Positions 1 through 9,278 of a stretch of DNA of 64,000 bases are shown here, in pieces. The position numbers and the translations under genes were made by a program. The stretch comes from Anaerolineae bacterium (lineage in GTDB: Bacteria > Chloroflexota > Anaerolineae > Aggregatilineales > J027), in assembly GCA_034437655.1 (NCBI GenBank), contig DAOTTU010000044.1, positions 265,584-329,583 on the forward strand, in the 5' to 3' direction. The notes beneath the pieces are model-generated. The model had not been told where the DNA came from. It made no database searches and worked only from the letters and a program-made list of their open reading frames with translations. The first letter of the stretch is position 1. The number at the start of each line of letters is the position of its first letter.

Positions 1-583
1 GCTGTACCTGATTGCTGTCATAGATAAACGTGGTGCCAAAGTCTTGCTCTTCAACCCGGTCGTCGAAGTCAGCGAGCAGCGCATTGATACTTGACACATA
101 GCTGTTGTAGACCAGAAAACTACTGATGAGTACCATCACTAACATTACCCCGACGATACCAAAACACCCGATCAGGCAACTCGGTCCAATGGCACAACCA
201 CGTCGTCTCGTTTTGCGAACTCGGCGCGGACGTTGTGCTGGTTGCTGCGGCAGGCGCGGCGGATGGGCAGGCGGTGGCGCAGACTGTACAGCAGGCACAG
301 CCGGCCGCTGGCGTTCTTGTGTGCGTTCGCTATCTGGTCGCATATAGCGCTTGTGTTCATCGGGTGCTTGAGCCAACGGTTGCGGGGCGGGCGGCGTTAC
401 GGCTGGTGAAAGCGGTGTATAGTCACCAGTCTGCTCGGCATCTGGTGGTTTCGAAACCTGACGCGCCGGGGTCTGCTGGCTACGACCTGTATCGTCACTC
501 TGTACCTCAAAATTAGTCAGGTCGTTGTGATTATCTGGTGGAAGCTCAGGTAAATCTGGTGGGTATTGTTGATCGTCGCTCAT
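1..583 (-). CDS. Partial CDS (N-terminal part, continues past window start). It has a Pro-rich cytoplasmic head, a basic patch, one TM helix and the start of an extracytoplasmic domain. Possibly a class A PBP / peptidoglycan glycosyltransferase.
   Basis: This ORF is absent from the ORF track because it stays open to position 1. My own minus-strand translation from the ATG at 583-581 reads MSDDQQYPPDLPELPP...RRVRKTRRRGCAIGPSCLIGCFGIVGVMLVMVLISSFLVYNSY...DFGTTFIYDSNQVQ, with no stop. The function guess rests only on the typical PBP1A-like N-terminal layout. Confidence 0.55.
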   Translation of the reverse strand, partial: MSDDQQYPPDLPELPPDNHNDLTNFEVQSDDTGRSQQTPARQVSKPPDAEQTGDYTPLSPAVTPPAPQPLAQAPDEHKRYMRPDSERTQERQRPAVPAVQSAPPPAHPPRLPQQPAQRPRRVRKTRRRGCAIGPSCLIGCFGIVGVMLVMVLISSFLVYNSYVSSINALLADFDDRVEEQDFGTTFIYDSNQVQ

Positions 584-714
584 GGTTTCCGCATCCGCTG
601 ATTGGCTGTTCAATAAATATGGGTTAAACCGCTGTCTATACACATGCTAGCACACTCCGCCACAGTTGCCAGATGAACACCCTACGCCCGAGAGTTGGTG
701 TCATGACGACTCTG

Positions 715-1050
715 CTACTGTTGTTCTTGCTCACGTTTTTTGCGTTCTTGTAGCATCGCTTCGTAGGCCCGAAGGCTTTCGGGCTGGTTGTTAAGAAAGT
801 AAGCGGCCATCGTGACCATCATGCCGCTGAATGTTAGCCCTACGATCAAGCCCCCTGTCACGGCCAACCCATCGTCAATGTTATCATCAAGAATCCCAAA
901 GGCTACCAATGTAACACTGCTGATCACTGCACAGAGGATGCCACCGGCAATGGTTGAGAGCAGCTTACGGCGAATAGCGACATAAAACCCAACCAAACTC
1001 AAGAAAAAGATCGCGAGAAAAACTGCACCAATTGTGCTGACTTCTGCCAA
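715..1050 (-). CDS. Small integral membrane protein (3 predicted helices, K/E/Q-rich tail), function unknown
   Basis: The ORF track gives 715..1125, but that start overlaps kynB. An in-frame TTG at 1050-1048 lies 6 nt after GAGGAG on the minus strand. Hydrophobic segments include AVFLAIFFLSLVGFYV, GGILCAVISSVTLVAFGIL and GGLIVGLTFSGMMVTMAAYF. Confidence 0.6.
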   Translation of the reverse strand: MAEVSTIGAVFLAIFFLSLVGFYVAIRRKLLSTIAGGILCAVISSVTLVAFGILDDNIDDGLAVTGGLIVGLTFSGMMVTMAAYFLNNQPESLRAYEAMLQERKKREQEQQ

Positions 1051-1084
1051 GTTGCACTCCTCACAATTGTGTTTTGCTGATGAT

Positions 1085-1714
1085 TTAAGCAGTGGTTCGC
1101 AGAATGGCCCGCACCGGGCTACCACAGACCGCCGCTAGTTTTAAGGGTAAAGCAATTAATTCGTAGATGCCATCGGGGACATGTTGGAGGTACAACGATT
1201 CGAGATTGACGATACCATGATGATACAACGCATGGTGTCCGTCGAGGGTTTGGCTGTCGAATGCATCAACAGACGGCATATCAACACCCAATAGTACGAC
1301 ATTTTGGGCTGCTAACCACTCAATGAGTTCTACAGTGGGATATGGAAAATTTTCTGGCCAGTGTTCGGCCGGTAAATCGCTGCACCAGGTATGCAGCAGC
1401 AAGCGTGGCACCTTTCCAACTTCAACATCAGCAAAATCAGTCGGAACAATGCCCCCTGACTGACGGCTGAGGCTTACCACCTGTGCAGGGCCGATATATT
1501 TTTCAAGCGGCATATCGGCCGGGTGTTCGCCGTTATCGTCGTAATGGAACGGAGCGTCGGCGTGGCTGCCGGTGTGAGCGCTCAGGGTAAGCGTGGTCAA
1601 ATTGACACTGTGCCCGTCCTGCTTGCTGAGTACCGCTTCATAAGAGAACGGTGCGTCTCCCGGCCAAACGGCAAGTTGGGGTGAAATCGGTCGGCTGATG
1701 TCATAGATGGTCAT
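1085..1714 (-). CDS. kynB: Kynurenine formamidase / cyclase-family protein
   Basis: 209 aa. It carries the HxGxHxDxPxH motif (SAHTGSHADAPFHY). Its start shares base 1714 with the stop of the upstream kynureninase-like gene. Confidence 0.75.
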   Translation of the reverse strand: MTIYDISRPISPQLAVWPGDAPFSYEAVLSKQDGHSVNLTTLTLSAHTGSHADAPFHYDDNGEHPADMPLEKYIGPAQVVSLSRQSGGIVPTDFADVEVGKVPRLLLHTWCSDLPAEHWPENFPYPTVELIEWLAAQNVVLLGVDMPSVDAFDSQTLDGHHALYHHGIVNLESLYLQHVPDGIYELIALPLKLAAVCGSPVRAILRTTA

Positions 1715-2913
1715 CAGGTAACAAAGGTCCTTTGCTGCGCATGCTGCTGCCAGTCGCCAGATTCTAGAATTTCGCCGATAGCACTGAGAGCGTGCTGCAC
1801 TTCGTCGTCGCTGTTGTAGAAATGCGGTGCAATGCGAATTCCAGCGTTTTCGCGGTAATCAACGATGATGTTGCGGGTGATCATCGCGCGTGAGACTTCG
1901 TAGGCATGCGGTGGCTGCACCGTGACTGTTCCGGCGCGTTGTGCAGCGTCACGTGGGCTTAAAACGTCGTAACCGGCCGCGTCTGCTAGCTCAATGATAC
2001 GTGTCGTCTGTTGCATCGACTTTTTGCGAATGGCATCTATACCGACTTGATTCAGAATATCAACCCCCGGCTGAATGGCATATAACGAGGCAACCCCCGG
2101 TGTGCCGTTCAGCAGACGATAAGCGTCTTCGCGCAGCGTGAAGTTTTCAACGTCGAACGCAAACGGCGCCTGATGCGCGAACCAGCCCGTCACTTTTGGT
2201 TCCAGTGTCGTCAGCAGGTCTGGACGCACATACATAAATACGCCGCCGGGCCCACCGCACACCCACTTCAACACCCCACCGATATAGAAATCCACATTCA
2301 GTGCGGACACATCAACCGGAATAATGCCAACACTATGATAGCCATTCAACACCACCTGTGCCCCAACGCGGTGTGCTTTTTCAATGATGGCTTGTGCAGG
2401 CATGATGTAGGCGCTGCGGAACAACACATGGCTGATTGAAACGAGGCGTGTTTGCTCGTCGATGGCGTCCAGTATGGCGTCGGTGTCGATGGTGATATTG
2501 TCATCCGTTTTGACCATATGCAGTTGCATGTATGGCGGCAACCATTGGCGCAACACATAAATGTCTGACGGAAAATCCATATCAGTGATGACAACCTTAT
2601 TACGGCGTGTGTCGTCAAAGTCGAGAGCGCTAAATAGAATGCTGTTGGCAATGCTGGCGTTCTGGTGTATCAACACGCTGCCAGCAGGCGCACCCATCAA
2701 CGGCGCGATGCGGTCACCGACCTGACCGTTGAGTTCCCACCATGCTTTACCCCATGCTGTGACGCCGTGCGTGGCCCACATATCGGCGTATTGGTGCAAA
2801 CTGTCGTAAACACCACGCGGCATGGCTCCGAGTGAGTTGTTAATTAAATAGTTGCGTGTGGTGAGGATTGGAAACTCATCGCGCCACTGCAACAGCGGAT
2901 CGTGGTCAGTCAT
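1714..2913 (-). CDS. kynU: Kynureninase-like PLP enzyme (class V aminotransferase fold)
   Basis: 399 aa. The N-terminus reads FPI...YLINNSLGAMP. A PLP-lysine context is present (GGVLKWVCGGPGG). The gene is coupled to kynB. Confidence 0.65.
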   Translation of the reverse strand: MTDHDPLLQWRDEFPILTTRNYLINNSLGAMPRGVYDSLHQYADMWATHGVTAWGKAWWELNGQVGDRIAPLMGAPAGSVLIHQNASIANSILFSALDFDDTRRNKVVITDMDFPSDIYVLRQWLPPYMQLHMVKTDDNITIDTDAILDAIDEQTRLVSISHVLFRSAYIMPAQAIIEKAHRVGAQVVLNGYHSVGIIPVDVSALNVDFYIGGVLKWVCGGPGGVFMYVRPDLLTTLEPKVTGWFAHQAPFAFDVENFTLREDAYRLLNGTPGVASLYAIQPGVDILNQVGIDAIRKKSMQQTTRIIELADAAGYDVLSPRDAAQRAGTVTVQPPHAYEVSRAMITRNIIVDYRENAGIRIAPHFYNSDDEVQHALSAIGEILESGDWQQHAQQRTFVT

Positions 2914-2992
2914 TGTTAAATTTCGCTTTTCAAAATGCTAAACTTGCATCATACACGCCAACTATAATTCAAGTTGCAAGGAAAAACTACCA

Positions 2993-3886
2993 GTGACCAC
3001 CAACTTTACGCTTGCCCTTGCCCAGATGCAGCCCAAACTCGCTGATATTTCTGCTAATTTACAAATGCACCTCGACACCATACGTCAGGCCGCTGATGCA
3101 GGTGTTGAATTGGTGATTTTTCCGGAACTGTCGCTGACCGGGTACTATCTGCGTGATCTGGTGCCAGAAGTCGGCATGACGCTTAACGACGCGCCCTTAC
3201 AGCAGATTATGGCACTCAGCGCGGAACTGGGTGTTGATGTTATCGTCGGGTTTGTGGAAGAAACAACGCGCAAAAATTACTACATCGCGGCTGCATACAT
3301 CGAATGTGGCGAGGTGCGCCATGTGCATCACAAAGTTTATTTGCCGACCTATGGCCAGTTTGACGACGGGCGTTTCTTCAAAGCAGGCGAACACATTCGC
3401 GCTTTTGACACCCGTTTCGGCCGCGTTGGAATGCTCATCTGCGAGGATTTCTGGCACATTTCTGCAAGTTATCTGCTATGGATGGATGGTGCAGAGTTGA
3501 TGTACTTCCACAGTGCCAGCCCCGGTCGTGGTCTGGATCAGCACGACAGCCTTGGCACCCAACGCAATGTGAACAGCTATATGCAGGTCTATAGCCGTCT
3601 CTACACGACTTATGTTGCACACTGCAACCGCGTTGGCTTCGAGGCTGGCGAGGTCTTCTGGGGAGGAAGTTCTGTTTTTGACCCCAGCGGCGAACAGGTG
3701 AAGGCTGCCCCTGCTTTTGACGAAGCACTCGTCCTTGAAAATATTGATCTGCGAGCTTTGCGGCGTTCGCGTTCTATCACCGAGACACTGCGTGACGAAC
3801 GGCTAGACCTCACCCTGCGTGAGCTGTCGCGTATTCAACAGCGTAGCTTGCAAACGACTTTTGATGCACTTCCAACGGAAAACTAA
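2993..3886 (+). CDS. Carbon-nitrogen hydrolase (nitrilase superfamily) with an intact Glu-Lys-Cys triad
   Basis: 297 aa. The triad contexts are VIFPELSLTGY (Glu), HHKVYLP (Lys) and VGMLICEDFWH (Cys). Confidence 0.75.
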   Translation: MTTNFTLALAQMQPKLADISANLQMHLDTIRQAADAGVELVIFPELSLTGYYLRDLVPEVGMTLNDAPLQQIMALSAELGVDVIVGFVEETTRKNYYIAAAYIECGEVRHVHHKVYLPTYGQFDDGRFFKAGEHIRAFDTRFGRVGMLICEDFWHISASYLLWMDGAELMYFHSASPGRGLDQHDSLGTQRNVNSYMQVYSRLYTTYVAHCNRVGFEAGEVFWGGSSVFDPSGEQVKAAPAFDEALVLENIDLRALRRSRSITETLRDERLDLTLRELSRIQQRSLQTTFDALPTEN

Positions 3887-3893
3887 GCGTGCG

Positions 3894-5120
3894 CTAGTCC
3901 GTCATTAGTTCTTCGGCGGCGTCTAACAAACGTTGTTTGCGTTCTGCTGAGACATCGCGCGAATCGAGGTAACGGTCGAGCAGTTCCAGCGGTGAAAGTC
4001 CTTCGGGGGTGTCGCCAAGCCGCACACGGTCTGGCTGTTCGACCTGACGCTGAATAGCTGCAATCGCACTCACACCTTTTTCCCGCAGGGTGCGTTCAAT
4101 CTCGCCTACATTAAGAAGTGCATTCGCTTCAAGGTCGGCTTTGATAATGACACGGACCACCGCACCACGTACATGATGACGGTCAATGGCCGCAAGGACA
4201 TGCTCGGTTGGCCGCGTCTTGCTGGTGATGTCCAGTCGAAGGGTAAGAAATGACCGGGCAGGCAGCTTGACAAACTCATAGCGCGTGGTGCCACGTTCAA
4301 TTTCTGCCCACACAAAGCCTTTGTCGTCAGCTTCTTCGCCAAAGTCAATGCGTTCCATGCTGCCACTGTAGACGATGGGCGGAAGATCGTCGCGGTCAGC
4401 GGTCATGTCTTGAAATTTATGGATGTGTCCCATTGCGATATAGTCCCACGTCGGGTCTGCCAGATTGGCAAGTGTTGTAGCGACGTCGCGCCCAAGCATG
4501 ACCTGACGTTCGCTGCCATGCAATGCGCCATGCACGCTGAAATGCCCGGTCAGGATGCGTGGGGCATCGTACTTGCTAGCTTGCAAAGCGAGGTCGCGCA
4601 GAATGAGTTCGAGCTTTTGCTGCATCAGTGCGTCAATGTCTGCAATGGTCCGTCGCCCACCAGAAAGGTCGTCGTCCTCAAGTAAACGTTGCCGAATCGG
4701 GTACGGTGCCGTGCCAATGACAGCCAACCCGGCGTTTGTTTCGACTTCTAGCAATTCGTAATTGCGCCCGACGAAGACATTTGGCACATTCAGCGTCTCA
4801 TAGATTTCCACGCTCGATGCTTTACGGCTGTTGATAGGAAGATCATGGTTACCGACCAATAGAACTACCGGGCAATGTTGGGCTAAATCCAGCACACGCC
4901 AGGCAAATTCACGCTGAAATGTGGGGTTAGGATTGCGATTTTTGAACGCATCCCCGGCGAAGATAGCCAGATCAGCGTTGTGGGTCTGTGCATACTCAAC
5001 CATGTCGTCCAATCGTTCTAAAAAGTCGTTGACACGGCTAGAAAGCCCGGTGTTGGGGTCGGTGCGCCCATAGTTTTCCATACCAATATGGATGTCTGCG
5101 AAATGTAGAAGTTTGAGCAT
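3894..5120 (-). CDS. sbcD: Exonuclease SbcD / Mre11-family nuclease
   Basis: 408 aa. Calcineurin-like phosphoesterase motifs are present: LHFADIHIG, AGDAFKNRNP, LLVGNHD, TGHFSVHG and MGHIH. Confidence 0.8.
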   Translation of the reverse strand: MLKLLHFADIHIGMENYGRTDPNTGLSSRVNDFLERLDDMVEYAQTHNADLAIFAGDAFKNRNPNPTFQREFAWRVLDLAQHCPVVLLVGNHDLPINSRKASSVEIYETLNVPNVFVGRNYELLEVETNAGLAVIGTAPYPIRQRLLEDDDLSGGRRTIADIDALMQQKLELILRDLALQASKYDAPRILTGHFSVHGALHGSERQVMLGRDVATTLANLADPTWDYIAMGHIHKFQDMTADRDDLPPIVYSGSMERIDFGEEADDKGFVWAEIERGTTRYEFVKLPARSFLTLRLDITSKTRPTEHVLAAIDRHHVRGAVVRVIIKADLEANALLNVGEIERTLREKGVSAIAAIQRQVEQPDRVRLGDTPEGLSPLELLDRYLDSRDVSAERKQRLLDAAEELMTD

Positions 5121-5221
5121 TCTCAGGCTTTCTCAGGTTGAAGTAGATACGTTAAGATGAAAACTGTGGATATTTATTTTCACACAATACTGTGCAAAAC
5201 AACTCAAGGAGTTCGGCACTC

Positions 5222-5911
5222 ATGACAACTATGATTACATGGCTCGGACATTCAGGCTTTAAGATTGAAACTTCTAGCCACACTATTCTAATTGACCCCT
5301 TCATCACGAACAACCCCATGGCCGCTGCGGATGCAGCAACAATTGCGGCTGACTTCATCCTGCTAACACACGGTCATGGTGACCACGTTGGCGATACGGT
5401 AGACATTGCCAAGCGCACTGGTGCGACTGTGCTGGGTAATTTTGAAGTCGGCAATTGGATTAAGGAGCAGGGTGTTGAAAGCGTGCTAACGCCGAACCAC
5501 GGCGGCACAGCGTCGCTAGAATTTGGCACGGTGCAGCTCACTATCGCGTTTCACAGTTCTTCAATGCCTGATGGTAGCTATGGGGGCGAACCGGCCGGCC
5601 TGTACATTACGCTCAAAAACGGGCGACGTATCTTCCATGCTGGCGACACAGCCCTGTTTAGCGACATGCAACTCATTGGGGAAAAAGGAATAGACCTCGC
5701 TATTCTGCCCATTGGCGACTTTTTTACGATGGGGCCAGAAGATAGCCTGCAAGCGGTCCGCTGGCTGCGCCCACGCTTTGCGATGCCCTGCCACTACAAC
5801 ACATTTCCTCCCATCACGCAGGACGCTGCAAAATGGGCCTCAGAAGTCAATTCACAGACGTTATCGAATGCAATCGTACTTGATCCAGGTGGTACGTACG
5901 AATTGGTCTAA
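5222..5911 (+). CDS. UPF0173-family metallo-beta-lactamase-fold hydrolase
   Basis: The ORF track gives 5192..5911. The ATG at 5222 lies 10 nt after AAGGAG. Motifs MITWLGHSGF and LLTHGHGDHVGD are present. Confidence 0.75.
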   Translation: MTTMITWLGHSGFKIETSSHTILIDPFITNNPMAAADAATIAADFILLTHGHGDHVGDTVDIAKRTGATVLGNFEVGNWIKEQGVESVLTPNHGGTASLEFGTVQLTIAFHSSSMPDGSYGGEPAGLYITLKNGRRIFHAGDTALFSDMQLIGEKGIDLAILPIGDFFTMGPEDSLQAVRWLRPRFAMPCHYNTFPPITQDAAKWASEVNSQTLSNAIVLDPGGTYELV

Positions 5912-5945
5912 AGGCAGGCGATAAGGTGTAAAGTCCACATTAAAA

Positions 5946-5986
5946 AGAACCCGTTGCCGATGAGTTATTGGCAGGGGTTCTTTTTA
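5946..5986. terminator. Probable bidirectional intrinsic terminator between convergent genes
   Basis: The sequence is AAAAA-GAACCCgtTGCC-loop-GGCAgGGGTTC-TTTTT. The stem is imperfect, with an A-run on one side and a T-run on the other. Confidence 0.55.
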
Positions 5987-6041
5987 GCACCATTTGAGAA
6001 TGATGTGGTGAGATATTGCAAAAAACGTCGGGTAAACCCGA

Positions 6042-6332
6042 TTAGCTCTCCGTTTCAAGTGCTGCTTCAACAGCGACTGGCGTTGCTTCGTCTTCTTCGC
6101 TATAAGCGGTCAGCATTTTGCCAACAACACGTTGAATAGCCATGGTATGGCTGCAAAAACCACGTGCAGCGAAGAAACTGCATGTGCAGTCCCAATTGCC
6201 TTCGTTAAAGCTCACGGTGTGCGGGTTGTTTTCACCATCAAATCGTACTGAAAACGAGATGAACTGCATACGTTCGGGCTGTTCAGCATATTCTTTAGCT
6301 TTTTGAATTTTACCGATCACTGCTGAATCCAT
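6042..6332 (-). CDS. Small stand-alone SWIM zinc-finger protein
   Basis: The ORF track gives 6042..6398. The internal ATG at 6332 is preceded by GGAGAAG. A CxCx9CxH motif is present (WDCTCSFFAARGFCSH). Confidence 0.65.
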   Translation of the reverse strand: MDSAVIGKIQKAKEYAEQPERMQFISFSVRFDGENNPHTVSFNEGNWDCTCSFFAARGFCSHTMAIQRVVGKMLTAYSEEDEATPVAVEAALETES

Positions 6333-6565
6333 TGTGGGCTTCTCCTTGTTTATATAGATTGAGTGTGTGTTAAGCCAAACAAAAAAGGCACACAGCATAG
6401 TATGGCCGGTGCCCTTACAACCTTGTAAATTGTATAATGGATACTTTTAGCGGCAGATAAATCATGCCTAGTTTATCCCGTGAGTTTAAAACTCTTAGTT
6501 TTCAATAAGTATAAGCATCTTTTACCTTCAAGTCAAATAGATGTCTGGTGAATGTCGGTTGAACG

Positions 6566-7513
6566 TCAGGTCAGTAATTGATGAATATCTGCGCTTTTTT
6601 CGATGGCTATCGCATTCGCTTGCCGATCAACGCGCTTTACCAGACCACTCAACACACGTTTAGAGCCAATTTCAAGGAAGGTTGTCACGCCGTGGGCCTG
6701 CATTTTGCGAATCGTTTCTGTCCAGCGCACAGTTGAGGTAATTTGTACGCTTAGTTCGTGCCGAATGTCATCAACAGTGCGTAAGAAATCAGCATTGGCA
6801 TTACCAATAATCGGCTGTTGTGGCGGTTGGAGTGGTGTATTTGCGAGGATGGTCTTGGTAAATTGCGTCGCAGAGTCTTGCATCAATGGTGAATGCGCGG
6901 CCACGCTTACCGCCAGCGGTAGGACGCGCTTAGCACCCGCCGTTTTGGCCAACGGAAGTGCTGTTTCAAGTGCTGCACGGTCCCCCGAAATAACGATTTG
7001 CCCCGGACAGTTGTCATTAGCGACAACAACCGGGCGGCCAACCATGCGGCTGGCGTTGTCACAAACAGCACGCAGCGTATCAATATCAAGGCCGATGATC
7101 GCTGCCATTGCCCCCGGGAACTTTTCACCCGACGCATTCATCAGCCGTGCGCGTTCACGTACTAGCCGCAATCCATCTTCATAATCAAGGGCTCCCACAG
7201 CTACCAGACCCGTGATTTCGCCCAGGCTATGCCCTGCAACTATCGCTGGCTTGAAGCCACCCAGCACAGTCTGCATAGCCGCCAGTACAGCCAGACTGGT
7301 TACAAACATTGATGGCTGCGTGTTGTAGGTTTGGTTTAAGTCTGCTTCAGGACCATACCAGAGCAAATGACTGAAAGCTGTCCTAAAAACCCTGTCAGCG
7401 GTTTCAAAAATGCTTTGTGCAGCCGGGAAGTGTTCAGCAACATCAGCTCCCATCCCCACCTGTTGAGAACCTTGCCCGGGGAAGAGTAGTGCTGTCGTTG
7501 ACCAGTCAATCAT
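6566..7513 (-). CDS. fabD: Malonyl-CoA:ACP transacylase
   Basis: 315 aa. Motifs LFPGQGSQQVGMG and the GHSLGE nucleophile elbow are present. Confidence 0.9.
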   Translation of the reverse strand: MIDWSTTALLFPGQGSQQVGMGADVAEHFPAAQSIFETADRVFRTAFSHLLWYGPEADLNQTYNTQPSMFVTSLAVLAAMQTVLGGFKPAIVAGHSLGEITGLVAVGALDYEDGLRLVRERARLMNASGEKFPGAMAAIIGLDIDTLRAVCDNASRMVGRPVVVANDNCPGQIVISGDRAALETALPLAKTAGAKRVLPLAVSVAAHSPLMQDSATQFTKTILANTPLQPPQQPIIGNANADFLRTVDDIRHELSVQITSTVRWTETIRKMQAHGVTTFLEIGSKRVLSGLVKRVDRQANAIAIEKSADIHQLLT

Positions 7514-7610
7514 GGTGCAGTGTTCCTGTCTAATAGCAATATCCGCTACCTAACTCACTCTAAGCCAGATAGCGGATTGTCTCTACGTATCAACTCATGC
7601 TTGTGTATTG

Positions 7611-9278
7611 CTAAAGGTTGAAATCACCAGTATCACCGAATGGTGAATCATCTTGCTGGCGACGTTGTTGCGGTGGCATTGGTGGCCGCTGCCCACCGCC
7701 CTGTTGCTGCTGAAGCGGGGGGCGTTGTGGTGGTTGTTGTGCTGGGAATTGTGGACGCGGCCCGCCTTGTTGCGGGGGCATAGCTGGACGTCCGCCCTGT
7801 TGCGGTGGCGGGCCGGGTTGGCGTGTCCCTTGCTGGGGTGGGGCCTGTGGTGGCCGCTGTTGTGGTGGTTGCTGCTGTGGCGGCATTTGCTGTGGTCGTG
7901 GTTGGGGCGGTTGTTGTTGCGGTGGTGGGCCGGGTTGGCGTGCCCCTTGCTGGGGTGGGGCCTGTGGCGGCCGTTGCGCTGGCGGTTGTTGCTGTGGTGG
8001 CATCTGCTGTGGTCGTGGTTGGGGCGGTTGTTGTTGCGGTGGCGCGGGCTGCTGTGGCATTGGTGAAGGTGCGCTTGCTTCAGCTTGCTTCTGTCGTTCT
8101 CGTTCTGCAACCATTGCATCTACATCAATCACTGGGGCTGGCAAGCCGTCGTCATTACCAAGATCAACGCCATCCTTTAACCAAACAGCCAGTTCAACGG
8201 TCAGTTTCTCAAAGGCTTGATTCGGTTGCTGGTCTTCGCCATAGGCTAAACTGACGACTGTCGCCTGCATTTTCAGTGTTTGTGTTTCAAAAATCAGGCG
8301 TTCGCCTTCACCGGCGACAATGAGGTCACCACGTGGCGCGAGCTTGGCACGGGTATCGGGATCGTTGTAGGCGGCTTCTGAGACGAGAATTTTGGTAATG
8401 GTACTGATGTCGTTTTTGTCAAAAATCCAGACTTCAGTGGCGATGACGTGTTTGTTACCTGAAACCGTAATGCTTTCGGAAATTCCAGAGCCACATTCCC
8501 CGAGGAAGGTCTTGTTCTCGTCGTCAAGCTCAATCGCAAAAGAGTCGTCGTAGTAGTTGTCACCTTCAAGGAAAGTGGTCATGAATTGCGAAACGGGGGG
8601 GCGGTCAAACTGGCTACGAAGACCAGCAGCTTGTTCACGCGCAGCTTTGCGTGCTTTGGCTGCGATCATACTGGGGTCTTCTTCTTTAGGATTAATCAGA
8701 TTTTTGATTTGTTTGAGGAATGGAATATCAAACAGCTTGAAGACAAGCGTGATGATGGCTCCCAAAATCCCAAACAATATAAAAATTCCGATTGTTGTCA
8801 AGATGCGCGTGAATGTACCCGGAATTTGCGCACTATCCTGTTGTGCAGCGGCATCACTTTCGACTTCAACAGCCAGCGGGCGAATCGCAGCCAGGCTCTG
8901 TTGTAGATAAACTTGATTTTCGTTTTCGGCAAGCAACGTATCAATTTCAGTCGGTGTAGCGCCGACTGCCGTCAACTTAGAACGGACCTCGTCTTCGGCA
9001 CTCGCACGCAATTGATCAGGATTCGCTACGAGCCCACTGTCAGCAAAATCTGTCACGAACTGGAAACCATTGGCCGTGTCTTTGATCCACTGGTCACGGT
9101 AGGTTTCTTCCATCTTGACGGGTTCTGCGTTGGGGCGGAAATAAACGGGCACCACCAATACACCGATGAGCATACCCAGTGCAATCCCCAGCAGCACCAG
9201 GTAATAGCGATTCATCGCGGGTTTGACGGCCCCGTATATCACTAAACCTTGCTTTAGTAAGTTTTGTATTCTGTCCAT
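7611..9278 (-). CDS. Two-TM membrane protein of unknown function with a roughly 160-aa Pro/Gln-rich C-terminal tail
   Basis: 555 aa. TM helices are LVLLGIALGMLIGVLVVPVYF and ILTTIGIFILFGILGAIITLVF. The tail reads PQQPAPPQQQPPQPRPQQMPPQQQ... and contains a tandem repeat. Confidence 0.75.
   Translation of the reverse strand: MDRIQNLLKQGLVIYGAVKPAMNRYYLVLLGIALGMLIGVLVVPVYFRPNAEPVKMEETYRDQWIKDTANGFQFVTDFADSGLVANPDQLRASAEDEVRSKLTAVGATPTEIDTLLAENENQVYLQQSLAAIRPLAVEVESDAAAQQDSAQIPGTFTRILTTIGIFILFGILGAIITLVFKLFDIPFLKQIKNLINPKEEDPSMIAAKARKAAREQAAGLRSQFDRPPVSQFMTTFLEGDNYYDDSFAIELDDENKTFLGECGSGISESITVSGNKHVIATEVWIFDKNDISTITKILVSEAAYNDPDTRAKLAPRGDLIVAGEGERLIFETQTLKMQATVVSLAYGEDQQPNQAFEKLTVELAVWLKDGVDLGNDDGLPAPVIDVDAMVAERERQKQAEASAPSPMPQQPAPPQQQPPQPRPQQMPPQQQPPAQRPPQAPPQQGARQPGPPPQQQPPQPRPQQMPPQQQPPQQRPPQAPPQQGTRQPGPPPQQGGRPAMPPQQGGPRPQFPAQQPPQRPPLQQQQGGGQRPPMPPQQRRQQDDSPFGDTGDFNL
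7811..8044. repeat. Tandem duplication, 2 x 117 bp (39 codons), inside the P/Q tail of the 7611..9278 CDS
   Basis: Copy 1 (7811-7927) and copy 2 (7928-8044) align base for base, with about a dozen mismatches by eye. The period is a multiple of 3. Confidence 0.85.

Noticed and set aside
6425-6445. TGTATAAT -10-like element on the plus strand pointing into the 3' end of fabD (antisense)
   Set aside because: It has no -35 and no downstream plus-strand gene or structured RNA that I could recognise. It is probably a chance AT-rich match in the intergenic region.
7595-8254. Long ORFs in other frames over the P/Q repeat: 174-aa His/Asn/Arg-rich (minus strand), 137-aa Trp/Leu-rich and 149-aa Val/Ala-rich (plus strand)
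   Set aside because: They are frame shadows of the GC-skewed, stop-poor CCN/CAR repeat coding for the P/Q tail. They lie entirely inside a well-supported CDS, have extreme compositions and have no RBS.
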